The notes: generated by a model from the letters alone, not told the origin. DNA of 64,000 bases from an uncultured delta proteobacterium (GCA_963789395.1 CAWBKP010000005.1:1-64000); one strand, 5' to 3'. Positions 8,475 through 19,729 are shown, numbered from the stretch's first letter. Program-made: numbers and translations.

Positions 8475-10157
8475 ATGAGCATTGACCCAAACAAAGTCAT
8501 TTATTCGATGATCGGCGTCAGTAAATTTTATCAGAAAAAACCCATATTGAAGGACATTTATCTATCCTATTTTTATGGCGCAAAAATCGGCGTTCTGGGG
8601 CTGAACGGCTCCGGGAAAAGCTCCCTGCTGCGCATTCTGGCCGGCGTGGACACCGAATTTAACGGAAAAACCATTCTGACGCCGGGTCACACCATCGGAT
8701 ACCTGGAACAGGAACCACAGCTGGACCCAGCCAAAACCGTTCGGGAAATTGTCGAGCAGGGGGTTCAATCCGTGGTTGATCTGTTGAAGGAATACAACGA
8801 CATCAACGAGAAATTTGCAGAACCCATGTCCGATGATGACATGAACAAGTTGATCGAAAGACAGGGAGAGGTTCAGGAAAGCCTGGATCATCTGGAAGCA
8901 TGGGATCTGGATTCCCGGCTTGAAATGGCCATGGATGCCCTGCGCTGTCCGCCCGGAGACACCCTGGTTCAGGTGCTGTCAGGCGGTGAAAAACGCCGGG
9001 TGGCGCTTTGCCGGCTTCTGCTTCAAAAACCCGACATTCTGCTGCTGGATGAGCCCACCAACCACCTGGATGCCGAATCCGTTGCCTGGCTGGAACACCA
9101 TCTTCAGAATTATGCGGGGACCATCATCGCGGTCACCCATGACCGGTATTTTCTGGACAATGTCGCAGGCTGGATTCTGGAGCTGGACCGGGGTCAGGGA
9201 ATTCCCTGGAAAGGCAATTATTCCTCCTGGCTGGAGCAGAAACAGCAGCGGCTAAAAAACGAGGAAAAATCCGAATCCGAACGCCAGAAGACCCTCCAGC
9301 GGGAGCTGGAATGGATCCGCATGAGCCCGAAGGCGCGACAGTCCAAATCCAAAGCCCGCATTCACAGTTATGAAACCCTTTTGAAACAGGATATCGACAG
9401 CCAGGTCCGGGATCTGGAGATTTTTATTCCGCCCGGACCCCGGCTGGGGGATGTCGTTATTCAGGCGGAAGCCGTCACAAAAGCCTATGACAGCCGGATT
9501 CTGGTTGAGGACATGACGTTTTCTCTGCCGCCAGGCGGCATTGTGGGCGTAATCGGACCAAACGGCGCCGGCAAAACCACCCTCTTTCGCATGATCACCG
9601 GGCAGGAGGAACCGGATTCCGGCGCCATTCATGTGGGCCAGACCGTACAGCTTGCCTATGTGGATCAAAGCCGAGATGTCCTGGACGCCAGCAAAACCAT
9701 CTGGGAAACCATTTCCGAAGGCAAGGACATGATCGATCTGGGAAATCGCCAGATCAATTCCCGGGCTTATGTGTCCCGGTTTAACCTTTCGGGAACGGAC
9801 CAGCAGAAAAAAGTGGGCATGCTCTCCGGAGGCGAGCGCAACCGGGTGCATCTGGCCTTGATTCTGAAACAGGCAGCCAATGTCCTGCTGCTGGATGAGC
9901 CGACCAACGACCTGGATGTCAATACCTTAAGAGCCCTGGAGCAGGCCCTTGAAAATTTTGCCGGATGTGCCGTGGTGATCAGCCATGACCGCTGGTTCCT
10001 GGATCGCATCGCCACCCATATTCTGGCGTTTGAAGGTGACAGCAAAGTCGTCTGGTATGAAGGCAATTACTCGGATTACGAAGCAGACAGGAAAGCCAGA
10101 CTGGGCATTGCCGCGGATCAGCCGCATCGGATCAAATACCGGCAGTTGACACGGTAG
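8475..10157 (+). CDS. ettA: Energy-dependent translational throttle protein EttA (ABC-F)
   Basis: Two ABC domains ([28 protein letters not shown]), the [19 protein letters not shown] linker, and C-terminal PHRIKYRQL. Confidence 0.95.
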   Translation: MSIDPNKVIYSMIGVSKFYQKKPILKDIYLSYFYGAKIGVLGLNGSGKSSLLRILAGVDTEFNGKTILTPGHTIGYLEQEPQLDPAKTVREIVEQGVQSVVDLLKEYNDINEKFAEPMSDDDMNKLIERQGEVQESLDHLEAWDLDSRLEMAMDALRCPPGDTLVQVLSGGEKRRVALCRLLLQKPDILLLDEPTNHLDAESVAWLEHHLQNYAGTIIAVTHDRYFLDNVAGWILELDRGQGIPWKGNYSSWLEQKQQRLKNEEKSESERQKTLQRELEWIRMSPKARQSKSKARIHSYETLLKQDIDSQVRDLEIFIPPGPRLGDVVIQAEAVTKAYDSRILVEDMTFSLPPGGIVGVIGPNGAGKTTLFRMITGQEEPDSGAIHVGQTVQLAYVDQSRDVLDASKTIWETISEGKDMIDLGNRQINSRAYVSRFNLSGTDQQKKVGMLSGGERNRVHLALILKQAANVLLLDEPTNDLDVNTLRALEQALENFAGCAVVISHDRWFLDRIATHILAFEGDSKVVWYEGNYSDYEADRKARLGIAADQPHRIKYRQLTR

Positions 10158-10208
10158 AAGACTGAAGATCAGCTCACGGAATATCGGAGGCGGGAGGAGC
10201 AAAGGAGG

Positions 10209-11123
10209 ATGTGCGGAAAATATGGGCAGGCGGGGCAGCCCGACGTTGATCCGGAAATACCCGGCGGCGTTTATCTTTGTCAGGTCGGCGAAACCGTGTC
10301 GTGCGGGGCTTGCTGCGGCCTGTACAATGTGGCTGACCTGTCAAAAGACGGCATTCACGCCCTGCTGGAACGGCGGACCCAACGGTTTTCCGGCATATCC
10401 GGCCGCAACCTCGATGCCGTTCTGTCGTTCCGGAAATGGGTGGAGGACAGCGAACTGCAACAGCGGCCATTGGCTGAGTTTCATCACTGTCCCTATATCG
10501 GGCTGATCGGCACGAATCACTTCCGGCCGGGATGTCTGCTTCACCCGATCGGGAACAGCGGTATTGATTTTCGGGGAATCAGCGATTACGGAGGTTTTGC
10601 CTGCCGGTCTTATTTTTGTCCCACCCATGATTGCCTTTCCGCAGACATTAAAATCCTGATCCGGGAAGCTGCCAGGGACTGGTACGAGTATGGGCTGATG
10701 ATTACCGAAGCATCGCTGGTGCAGGCGGTTCTTGATGCCGCCGGGCATGCGGCTTTCCGAAGGGAAGAGCCGCCGGACCCCGACCTGAGCCATTGCACGG
10801 ATACGATGCGGGAACTGATGGATTTAAAACGCTGCTGGCCATACCGTCCGGATACCGCCACCGGATTGATACATTATTTTTTCAATGACAAGCTTTATAC
10901 CCGAGCACCGGTAGATTATGCGGCAATCGGCACGGAACCGTCTCCTTACGACAGGATTTTTCAGGAACTCGGGTCCGGTTTTGGCTCCATCAAAGAACTT
11001 CACAAAGCTGAATCCATCATTACAGGCTTGCTGAACCGCATATCCAGCACTTTTGCGCCCCGGATGTTTCGCTCTTTCAGCTCAATCAATGCATCGTTGG
11101 CGGACTCCAGCGAAAATACCTGA
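10209..11123 (+). CDS. Cys-rich hypothetical protein (possible Zn/Fe-S cluster, YkgJ-like motifs)
   Basis: SCGACCGLYN, HCPYIG, GCLLHP and ACRSYFCP motifs; AGGAGG SD. The 3' end overlaps the convergent ADH gene. Confidence 0.7.
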   Translation: MCGKYGQAGQPDVDPEIPGGVYLCQVGETVSCGACCGLYNVADLSKDGIHALLERRTQRFSGISGRNLDAVLSFRKWVEDSELQQRPLAEFHHCPYIGLIGTNHFRPGCLLHPIGNSGIDFRGISDYGGFACRSYFCPTHDCLSADIKILIREAARDWYEYGLMITEASLVQAVLDAAGHAAFRREEPPDPDLSHCTDTMRELMDLKRCWPYRPDTATGLIHYFFNDKLYTRAPVDYAAIGTEPSPYDRIFQELGSGFGSIKELHKAESIITGLLNRISSTFAPRMFRSFSSINASLADSSENT

Positions 11124-12062
11124 ATTTCCGGAACAATGGGAATCCGGGAAGCGATTTCCAGAAAATCGCGGATATCCTGGCGCGCCACATTGGCCACACT
11201 TTTGATTTCCTTTTCCATCCACAGGTGACGGGGATAATCCAGTCGCGTCAGGATATCCTGATCCGGAGGTCTCTTTTCGAATCGCATTGATGACCAGCCT
11301 GCCGCCGCTTTTTAGATGCTGCAAGGCGAATACAATCGGTTTCCATGCCGGCGTCGTATCGATAATGGCATCCAGCAGCTCCGGAGGGGCCTCTTCCGTA
11401 TCACCGGCCCAGACTGCACCGATTTCCCGCGCAAAGGTTTGTTCGGCAAGGCTTCTGGCAAACACGTAACACCTGCTTGAGGGAAACCGGTATTGCAGCA
11501 TTTTCAGCACCAGATGGGCGGAAGCGCCAAAACCGGTGAGCCCCAGAGACTGCCCGTTTTGTATATTCGCCAGCCGGAGCGACCGGTACCCGATAGCACC
11601 GGCACACAGAAGGGGCGCTGCCTGGACATCGCTGAAACCTTCGGGAACCGGGTGAGCAAAATCTTGCCTGGCCGTCATGAATTCTGCATAGCCGCCGTTC
11701 ACATCCCGTCCGGTCGCCTGGAAAGACGGGCAGAGGTTTTCATTGCCGTTCCGGCAGAAATCACAGGTCCCACAGGCACTGTATATCCATCCCACTCCGA
11801 CCCGGTCGCCCGGTAGGAACCGGGAAGCATTCGGTCCGCATTTTACCACATGGCCCACAACCTGATGGCCGGGAATGACCGGGAATCGGGGCGGCGGCGT
11901 GCGGCCTTCGATTTCATCCAGTTCCGTATGACAGACCCCGCAGGCTGATACCCGGATCAGGATTTCCCCGTCCCCGGGTTCCGGAACAGCAAGTTCTACC
12001 AGTGCAAGCGGCCTGCTGCCTGCAAAGATGCCGGTGATGCCGGCAATGACCATTGCTTTCAT
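11000..12062 (-). CDS. Zinc-dependent alcohol dehydrogenase (+1 frameshift at ~11270)
   Basis: CGVCHTE, GHQ, CGTCDFC..GNENLC and GFGASA motifs; the C-terminus LWMEKEIKSVANV...GAKVL is in a second frame. Confidence 0.9.
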
Positions 12063-12373
12063 CGATTCGGTGGTGTGTGGTATACGGGGCCATGCCACAT
12101 GCAATAGGCGGATGGACTTGGAAAATCAAGATAAATTGTCCCACAAATGACATTATTTTGATTCGATCATTGAATGAACGCTGCAAGTTTAGTATAATCC
12201 CTAAACGCTATACAGTTGCAATCGTGCTTGAAATTGAATGGCCATGGGGTTTGGGTCGGATTGAATCCATACTCCATGGCCTTTTACCTTCAGTCAGGAG
12301 GCTGCATAAGCCACTGTGACTTCACGCGATCAATAAAAGTGGCCCCATAAAAACGCAGGGAACCCGGATTTCT

Positions 12374-13162
12374 ATGCCGAAACAGACCTTAAAACTCATC
12401 TCCTGGAATGTAAACGGACTCAATGCGCTCATGGCCAAAGGGTTTGTTGAACTTGTCAGGGATATGGATGCCGACATCATTGCCATTCAGGAGACCAAGC
12501 TGCAAGAAGTCAAGCTGACAGAAACGATGAAAAATATTGACGGATATGAATCATACTGGGCGTTTTCAACCGTTAAAAAAGGCTACAGCGGGGTGGGAAC
12601 CTATACCCGAATTCCCCCCATAACAGTCCGCTACGGCATTGGCATTCCCGAATATGATCAGGAAGGCCGGATCTGTGAAATGGATTTCGGGAACTTTATT
12701 TTCTTCAATGTGTATTTCCCCAACGGACAGATGGGAGAAGACCGCCTGCAATACAAGCTCCGCTTTTATGAGGCGTTTTTTGCACATACCGATCGCTATC
12801 GCCTTCAGGGAAAAAGCGTGATCATCAGCGGCGATTTCAATACGGCGCACAATGAAATCGATCTGAAAAACCCCAAGGCCAACGAGAATTATTCCGGCTT
12901 TCTCAGGATCGAACGGGACTGGATGGACCGCATTCTTCAAAACGGCTATGTGGACACGTTCCGATATCTTTACCCGGATATCGAAAAATATTCCTGGTGG
13001 ACTTACCGGTTCGGTGCCAGATCCAGAAATATCGGATGGCGGATCGATTATTTTATCGTCTCCCAGGATCTGATGAAAACAGGCCGGGTTATTGATGCCT
13101 TCATCGACAATGACATTCCCGGTTCCGATCATTGTCCTGTGGGCCTGATCCTGTCCGGATGA
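12374..13162 (+). CDS. xth: Exodeoxyribonuclease III (AP endonuclease)
   Basis: SWNVNG, IQETK, GYSGV, YFPNG, GDFNTAH, GWRIDY and SDHCP motifs. Confidence 0.95.
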   Translation: MPKQTLKLISWNVNGLNALMAKGFVELVRDMDADIIAIQETKLQEVKLTETMKNIDGYESYWAFSTVKKGYSGVGTYTRIPPITVRYGIGIPEYDQEGRICEMDFGNFIFFNVYFPNGQMGEDRLQYKLRFYEAFFAHTDRYRLQGKSVIISGDFNTAHNEIDLKNPKANENYSGFLRIERDWMDRILQNGYVDTFRYLYPDIEKYSWWTYRFGARSRNIGWRIDYFIVSQDLMKTGRVIDAFIDNDIPGSDHCPVGLILSG

Positions 13163-13263
13163 CCTGAATCCTTTTCATCGGTTTCGTCTCTAAAAAGCCA
13201 ACATGTCGGAAATTACCCACGGATCAGTATCGCCGGACAAACCGGATTAAAGGAGAACACAGC

Positions 13264-13470
13264 ATGCCCATTTACGAATACGAATGCGAATCCTGTCATC
13301 AGACCTTCGAGCAGCTGGTTATTCAAGGCAGAGAGGAGAAAGCTCCCTGCCCCTGCTGCGGATCGGCCCAGACCCGTAAGCTCATCAGTTGCGCCAGCTT
13401 TATTGGCGGGGCTGGCTCAGGAACGTGTGCGCCTTCAGTGCCAAACAAAGGATTTTCCTGAGCCAGGTAG
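13264..13470 (+). CDS. FmdB-family zinc-ribbon protein, probable C-terminal selenocysteine (GFS-U-AR)
   Basis: MPIYEYECESC...CPCCGS. TGA at 13459-13461 is followed by GCC AGG TAG and a SECIS-like hairpin; the CDS ends at 13461 if the TGA is a stop. Confidence 0.85.
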
Positions 13471-13476
13471 CCTTTA

Positions 13477-13495
13477 TTGCGGCGGTCTGCCGCAA
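13477..13495 (+). promoter_or_regulatory. Putative bacterial SECIS element for the FmdB-family gene
   Basis: TTGCGGC-GGTCT-GCCGCAA with the loop 22 nt after the UGA; the apical GGUCUG resembles the E. coli fdhF SECIS. Confidence 0.7.
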
Positions 13496-13680
13496 CCCCT
13501 GGACTCATTGTCAATTTCAGACGCAATTGCTGAATGTAACGCATTCATGTCACTGCGCCGAAAAACGCAGCCGGCACGAACAAGACGCCAAGTCTGCTTA
13601 AGATTTTCTCTGTGATATCTGCGATCGCCTGTGGCGAATACACTCTCAGGTGATCACCGCCTACTGAATAACGGAACGTC

Positions 13681-15540
13681 ATGAACCTTTCAGGTCAGCA
13701 GCAACAGGCTGTCGAATATCTGGATTCCCCCACCCTGGTCGTTGCCGGGGCCGGATCCGGCAAAACCCGGACCTTAACCGCCAAAATTGCGCACCTGATT
13801 GCCTGCGATATTCCTTCGGAACGCATTCTGGCCATTACATTCACCAATAAGGCTGCCGAGGAAATGAAATCCCGCCTGGTGGAGTTGACCGGCATCCCGA
13901 TCTATCAATTTCCATGGGTACGCACATTTCATTCAGCCTGCTTTAAAATCTTCAAGGAGCATTGCTCGCTCATGGGCTACCAGGAGCCGCTGCAAATCTA
14001 CGCCTCTTATCAACAGCAAAAACTGATAAAGGATATCGCAGTCGGAGAAATGAACATCGAAAAGTCTTTTGTGCCCGTCATTGCAGCGGAAATTTCCCAT
14101 GCCAAAAACTCGGGATCTCCCGAGACATATTTTACTCACAAGCCGCGGGTTGCCAGAAGGCGGATGATCGATATTTTCCATCGCTACGAACAGGAGCTCA
14201 AATCCAGAAATGCCGTGGATTTTGACAATATTCTCTTCCTGACCCGTAACCTGCTCCGGGATCATGCATCCATCAGGGCCTATTATCAGAATCTCTTTGA
14301 TTTCATTCTCTGCGATGAATACCAGGATACCAACAACATCCAGGAAGAACTGACCGGGCTGCTGATGAAAAACGGCAAGCTCTTTTGCGTGGGCGACGAC
14401 TGGCAGGCCATCTATTCTTTTCGGGGCAGCAACGTGGATCATTTTCTGTCTTTCTCAGAAAAGTACAAAGGGTCAAAAATTTTCAGACTGGAGCAAAACT
14501 ACCGTTCCGCCGATGAAATCGTCCAGGTGGCCAACGACCTGATCGGATACAATACCCACAAGCTGGAGAAAAAATGCTTTTCGGAAAAACAGGGCGGCCT
14601 TGTGGAGTTATATGATTTTGACAGTGACTTCGAAGAGGCCGACTGGATTTCCAGAAAAATTATCAGCCTGAATAGCATGAAAATTCCGCTGGATAAAATA
14701 GCGATTTTGTACCGGACGAAATTCTGTTCCCTGTCGTTTGAAAAGGCGTTCCGCCAGGCGGGAATTCCCTATCGCATGCTGGGCGGAAAAGGTTTTTTCG
14801 AGAGAAAGGAGATCCTGGACTTAAACTGTTACCTGACTGCAGCGGCATTCATCAAGGATGATGCGGCATTCGAGCGGATAGTCAACACGCCAAAGCGCGG
14901 CATCGGTCCGGGCGCTGTCAAAAAACTGATGACGTTGAAAACCCCGGAAATCAGCCTTCAGGAAGCTGCCAGAATCGCCCTGAACGAGACGATTCTGGCC
15001 CCCAAAATATATCAGGCGCTAAAGGCGCTTCTTGAAGTGCTGAATGACATCCGGGAGCTGAAGCCGGCGGAAGCGATTCAGACCGTGCTTGATCGCGTCG
15101 ACTACCTTGCCTATCTCAAGGAAACCGTCAAGTCCGACACCATGGACTTTACCTCCCGGCAGGAAAACATCGAACAGCTCATGTATTCTGCCGCTCAAAA
15201 AGACTCGATCGTGGAATATCTGGAAGAAGCCGCTCTGATACGGGAGGACAAGAAAGACGATGAGGCGGAAAAATCCCGGGGCGTCAGCCTTTCTACGATT
15301 CATGCAGCCAAAGGGCTTGAATTTCATGTGGTCTTTGTCGTAGGATGTGAAGAACAGCTTTTTCCGCACTGGCGATCCACCGAGACAACCGCCGGGCTTT
15401 ATGAAGAGCGTCGTCTGATGTATGTCGCCGTGACACGTTCTGAAAAATATCTTTATCTGACCAGCGCCGGATACCGGAAAGGCCAGTTCAACCGAAAGAG
15501 CCGGTTTCTGGATGAGATTGAGCAGTCGTTGAATCATTAA
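13681..15540 (+). CDS. ATP-dependent DNA helicase, UvrD/PcrA/Rep family
   Basis: AGAGSGKT, TFTNKAA, DEYQD, VGDDWQAIYSFRG, LEQNYRS, TIHAAKGLEF and EERRLMYVAVTR motifs. Confidence 0.95.
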   Translation: MNLSGQQQQAVEYLDSPTLVVAGAGSGKTRTLTAKIAHLIACDIPSERILAITFTNKAAEEMKSRLVELTGIPIYQFPWVRTFHSACFKIFKEHCSLMGYQEPLQIYASYQQQKLIKDIAVGEMNIEKSFVPVIAAEISHAKNSGSPETYFTHKPRVARRRMIDIFHRYEQELKSRNAVDFDNILFLTRNLLRDHASIRAYYQNLFDFILCDEYQDTNNIQEELTGLLMKNGKLFCVGDDWQAIYSFRGSNVDHFLSFSEKYKGSKIFRLEQNYRSADEIVQVANDLIGYNTHKLEKKCFSEKQGGLVELYDFDSDFEEADWISRKIISLNSMKIPLDKIAILYRTKFCSLSFEKAFRQAGIPYRMLGGKGFFERKEILDLNCYLTAAAFIKDDAAFERIVNTPKRGIGPGAVKKLMTLKTPEISLQEAARIALNETILAPKIYQALKALLEVLNDIRELKPAEAIQTVLDRVDYLAYLKETVKSDTMDFTSRQENIEQLMYSAAQKDSIVEYLEEAALIREDKKDDEAEKSRGVSLSTIHAAKGLEFHVVFVVGCEEQLFPHWRSTETTAGLYEERRLMYVAVTRSEKYLYLTSAGYRKGQFNRKSRFLDEIEQSLNH

Positions 15541-15579
15541 CAGTTTTACACAAACAAGAACTAAACAGGATAGATCCTT

Positions 15580-16329
15580 ATGAGCATCATCGGTAAATTG
15601 GTTGGCGGGGCCATAGGTTTTGCCCTGGGCGGCCCGATCGGCGCCATTGCCGGCGCTGTGTTCGGCCATGCATTTGATAACAAATCCGTTGACAGTGAAC
15701 CGGTCATGAATCTGTCTTATGGTGAGTCCTCCCAGATCACTTTTTTTGTGGCCACGTTTTCCATGCTGGGCAAACTGGCCAGGACAGACGGCCAGGTTTC
15801 CCGTGCGGAAATGGATGCCGTCCGGCAGTTCATGACCTATGATCTGAATCTGAGCCCGGAAAGCCAGCAGGTAGCCATCAACATATTCCATACGGCCCAG
15901 GAATCGCCAGCATCCTTTGAAAGTTTTGCCTCCCAGTTCTACGGGCAGTTTCATGTTCAACCCCAGATGCTGGAGCTGATGATGGACATTCTGCTCCGGG
16001 TATCGGTTTCTGATGGCAGCATTCATCCCAGCGAAGAGCGGATGATTCAGTCGGCAGCGTCCATTTTTGGTTTCAGCAGCGCCCAGTACGCAGGCATGCG
16101 GTCAAAATATGCCCGGGATGTGAACAAATATTACGCGGTGCTGGGATGCACGCACAGCGATACGGACGAGCAGGTCAAAAAACAGTACCGCAAACTGGTC
16201 TCTGAATATCATCCGGACAAAATCATTGCCAAGGGCCTGCCGGACGAATTTATCAAATTTGCCAATGACAAGTTCAATGAAATTCAGGAAGCCTATGAAG
16301 CTGTCAAGAAAGAAAGAGGGATTGGTTGA
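15580..16329 (+). CDS. djlA: Co-chaperone DjlA (TerB-like domain plus J domain)
   Basis: N-terminal Gly-rich TM segment, KLARTDGQVS, and a C-terminal J domain with HPD. Confidence 0.9.
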   Translation: MSIIGKLVGGAIGFALGGPIGAIAGAVFGHAFDNKSVDSEPVMNLSYGESSQITFFVATFSMLGKLARTDGQVSRAEMDAVRQFMTYDLNLSPESQQVAINIFHTAQESPASFESFASQFYGQFHVQPQMLELMMDILLRVSVSDGSIHPSEERMIQSAASIFGFSSAQYAGMRSKYARDVNKYYAVLGCTHSDTDEQVKKQYRKLVSEYHPDKIIAKGLPDEFIKFANDKFNEIQEAYEAVKKERGIG

Positions 16330-17429
16330 CCGGAGCCTCTCACCGGCTGCATGCCTCTTGTCATATAAACGCATCCTCCTGATTCAGCTTGGCGATATTG
16401 GCGATGTCATTCTGACCCTTCCGGCCATCAGAGCGCTCCGGGAAAATTTTCCCCAATCCCGGCTGGTGGTTTGTGTGCGGGAAAAGGCAAGGGAAATCAT
16501 CGAAGATTGTCCCTGGGCATCCGAAGTGATGACTGTCCGAAAAGAACGGAAAAAGCTGAAGGCTTCGATTCTGGATCAGGTTTACTGGTTACGGGAACTT
16601 CGCTCACACAGATTTGACCTGGCGATCGATCTTCGCACCGGCACACGGGGTGCAATCATTGCCGGGTTTTCCGGTGCGGGCACGAGAATCGGCCGGTTTG
16701 CAGCCGATGGCGGGCTGTGGCGAAACCGCGTGTTTACTCACCTGGTCACACCACCGGATGAGTCATTGCAATATGCAGCCGAACACAATCTGAACATGCT
16801 GTCCCCCCTGGGTCTGAATATCCGGGACAAAGCCCTGCAAATTTCAATTCCCCGCCACAGAAAAGAGGCTGCAGCCCGGTTGTTTTCCAGGGAAAACATC
16901 CCCATGAACCGTCCGCTTCTGGCGTTTCACCCGTTTTCCTTGTGGAAGTACAAGGAATGGCAGGTAGATTCCTGCGTGGAAATGATTGATGACATCCAGC
17001 AGCGTTATGATGTATCGGTCGTCATCACCGGTTCAGCGGAAGAGCGCGGCCGCGCGGATCAGGTGGCTGGCGCGTTGCCGTACCACTCCCTTTAATCTTG
17101 CCGGGAAAACATCCATCGGCGAGCTGGCCGCCGTTCTTTCTGTGTGCGTTGCTTTTATCGGGGTTGATACCGCCGCCCTTCACCTGGCGGCGGCGGCGGG
17201 TGTTCCGACACTGGGCATCTTCGGTCCCTCTCCACCAGTTGTCTGGGCGCCGAGAGGCAGCCGGCATTCGGTGGTTTCCAAAACCATGTCCTGTATCCCC
17301 TGCCGCAGGAAAGGATGCCAGGATTCTGAAACCAGCCAGTGCCTGGGCGAATTGACTTTACAGGACATTCGTGAAGAACTGTACCGGTTTATCGCGCTGA
17401 ATGCCGTAAAAGAGCGCGTGTCAGTTTGA
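16322..17429 (+). CDS. Glycosyltransferase family 9 (LPS heptosyltransferase-like); frameshift at ~17065
   Basis: ILLIQLGDIGDVIL and KEW motifs, then NLAGKTS...GVDTAALHLAAA.GVPTLGIFGP in a second frame. The start is approximate. Confidence 0.85.
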
Positions 17430-17468
17430 GAATAACAAACAGCTTTAGTTAATTGGAGGACTGCCATC

Positions 17469-18038
17469 ATGAAGAAACGATCGTTGATTTGGACAATTCT
17501 GGCGTGTCTCTTGACGTTGCCTGCTTCCCTGGCAGCCGAGGCGCCGCCACCGGCCGAGGGCGGAAAACTGCCGGACATCCGGCTGGCCATTCCCACCGAT
17601 GCCGCTTATCAGAAGTATCTGGGCATTAAAGGAGATGGGACTTTTTCGCTTCACCAGATCAAGGCTCCGGTTGTCATTGTTGAGATTTTCAGCATGTACT
17701 GCCCGCACTGCCAGCGGGAAGCCCCCAGCGTCAATGATCTGTATACAAAAATTCAGCAGAACGAAAAACTGAAGGACAAGGTCAAGCTTGTGGGCATCGG
17801 CGTGGGCAATTCGCCATTTGAAGTCGCATATTTCAAAAAGACATATTCAATTCAGTTTCCGCTGTTTTCAGACGGTGAGTTTGTCATTCACAAACAGCTG
17901 GGTGAAGTCAGAACCCCCTATTTTATCTGTATCAAAAACCATAAAGACGGCGGCCACACCATCTTTTATTCCAAGCTGGGGGGAATTGCCGACAACGCCG
18001 TTTTTCTGAAATTGATTCAGGCCCAATTAGACCAATAA
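17469..18038 (+). CDS. Exported TlpA/ResA-like thioredoxin-fold protein
   Basis: Signal peptide, FSMYCPHC and VRTP motifs. Confidence 0.85.
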   Translation: MKKRSLIWTILACLLTLPASLAAEAPPPAEGGKLPDIRLAIPTDAAYQKYLGIKGDGTFSLHQIKAPVVIVEIFSMYCPHCQREAPSVNDLYTKIQQNEKLKDKVKLVGIGVGNSPFEVAYFKKTYSIQFPLFSDGEFVIHKQLGEVRTPYFICIKNHKDGGHTIFYSKLGGIADNAVFLKLIQAQLDQ

Positions 18039-18058
18039 TGTTCCACTATGGAGGAAAT

Positions 18059-18664
18059 ATGCGATCATTTCTGAGAACCGTCTCGACCATCGTTATGGTG
18101 ATATTGTGGATATCGGCCCCGGCTTTCTCGCTTTCGGATGCCTACAAGGAGAATATTTACAACCCCGGGCAGTTAAAACCGATCGACAGCACGTTGAAGG
18201 TCAAGGTGGGAGAACCGGCTCCGGATTTCACGTTGCCGTCCTTGAGCGGTGAAACCGTTTCACTCAGCCAGTTTGCAGGAAAGAAAAACGTCGTGATCAC
18301 ATTCGTACCCGCGGCCTGGACCCCGGTCTGCTCGGATCAATGGCCGGGATATAATCTGGCAAAAGGCTTATTCGAAGCCCAGGACGCCATTCTTCTCGGC
18401 ATTACCGTGGACAATCTGCCGACCCTGTATTCCTGGACCCGACAAATGGGAAATCTCTGGTTTCCGGTACTGTCGGATTTCTGGCCGCATGGGGCTGTTG
18501 CGGATAAATACGGCGTGTTGCGCAGCGATGGCGTCTCCGAACGGGCGCTGTTTATTATCGATAAGGCTGGAATCCTGCGCTACGCAAAGGTGGGAGACAT
18601 CAACGTCCGTCCAAAGCTTGAAGACCTGATTAGCGCATTGGAAAAAGTGAACAGCGGCAAATGA
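18059..18664 (+). CDS. Exported peroxiredoxin (AhpC/TSA, AhpE-like)
   Basis: Signal peptide, APDFTL, PAAWTPVC (PxxxTxxC), LSDFWPHG and SERALFIIDK. Confidence 0.85.
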   Translation: MRSFLRTVSTIVMVILWISAPAFSLSDAYKENIYNPGQLKPIDSTLKVKVGEPAPDFTLPSLSGETVSLSQFAGKKNVVITFVPAAWTPVCSDQWPGYNLAKGLFEAQDAILLGITVDNLPTLYSWTRQMGNLWFPVLSDFWPHGAVADKYGVLRSDGVSERALFIIDKAGILRYAKVGDINVRPKLEDLISALEKVNSGK

Positions 18665-18717
18665 CAGCCGGATGACGGAGAGCCGGACAGTTGTCGGATT
18701 GATTTCCGTTTTCACCC

Positions 18718-18750
18718 ACGGATAACAGTCTTCTATCGACCGTTATCCGT
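18718..18750. terminator. Hairpin between the convergent peroxiredoxin and fdhE genes
   Basis: ACGGATAAC...GTTATCCGT inverted repeat; an alternative pairing is GATGACGGA (18671) with TCCGTCATC (18746). Confidence 0.45.
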
Positions 18751-18759
18751 CATCTGTTT

Positions 18760-19611
18760 TCAGTCCTCTTCTGTCCCGGTATCTCCGGCCTTCAAGTCCA
18801 GATGAAGGGTTGCGATCGCTTCCACAACCGGTACAATCGTTCTGCTGGTTTTGCGAAGATCAACCGTCTTGATATAACGACTGCAACGGTCACAGCCTTC
18901 CACCCGGTATTCGGGTTCTGCATCGCTGTAAAAATAATGCAGTTGGCTGCTGTCCGTGTTGTTGCAGAACGGACAGTAAATCCGGGGAGTCAGCCATTCA
19001 TGCCAGCAGAAACTGCAGACATAATACCGCTCTCCCTCCCCTTTCAACATGGAAAGGCCCGGACTGCTGCCGCAAATCGGGCAATAACCGGTTCTCCAAG
19101 GCTCCTCGGCATTCAGTGACGCCGAAAGATGCTCCGAACACAGCCGCACGGAAGGTCGGATGCTGTTGTAGCCGAAAAGCATGGCCATTTCAGCGGATAT
19201 CCCAGGTGGGATTTGAGCCGGATCGTCCTTCCCCAAAGCCAGATCAAAGAGATCCTTCGGGTCCAGAGATTCAGCCCCAAGGGATTCGGAGATCACGCGC
19301 GCAGCCGCTATCATATCTGCAGAAGCGGATGTGCCGGCAATTTCACAGAGTTTTTCCAGAAGACGGGTTGCGGCTGCCGTATCAATTTCAAAATCCGCCG
19401 CAGCCACCAAGGGGAATTTCTCCGCAAGTTTCATCGCCAGAATGTCTTCAGGAATGTTAATCCGCGCAACACGGGTATGGCCCATGGCCGCTTCCTGTGC
19501 CAGAAACACGGCTTCGTAGAATTTGAGAATTTCCGTATAGGCAGGGCGAACGGCCGTTACTTCCCGGCAGGCCTTCCGAATCCTCTCTTGCGCAGCATCA
19601 ACGTCTGACAT
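18760..19611 (-). CDS. fdhE: Formate dehydrogenase accessory protein FdhE
   Basis: CPICGS, CSFC..EW, CPFC and CDRC..YIK motifs; lies downstream of fdhAB. Confidence 0.9.
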   Translation of the reverse strand: MSDVDAAQERIRKACREVTAVRPAYTEILKFYEAVFLAQEAAMGHTRVARINIPEDILAMKLAEKFPLVAAADFEIDTAAATRLLEKLCEIAGTSASADMIAAARVISESLGAESLDPKDLFDLALGKDDPAQIPPGISAEMAMLFGYNSIRPSVRLCSEHLSASLNAEEPWRTGYCPICGSSPGLSMLKGEGERYYVCSFCWHEWLTPRIYCPFCNNTDSSQLHYFYSDAEPEYRVEGCDRCSRYIKTVDLRKTSRTIVPVVEAIATLHLDLKAGDTGTEED

Positions 19612-19729
19612 GATTAATTTCCTTTACGGGCAGGTGCCTTTTTTAAGTTAATAAGGTTAGAATTGATGCTGTTCTGACCATCCTAATTGAAAAGGTGCAA
19701 TGAAGTCGGTTTTTCAAGTCCGACATAAC

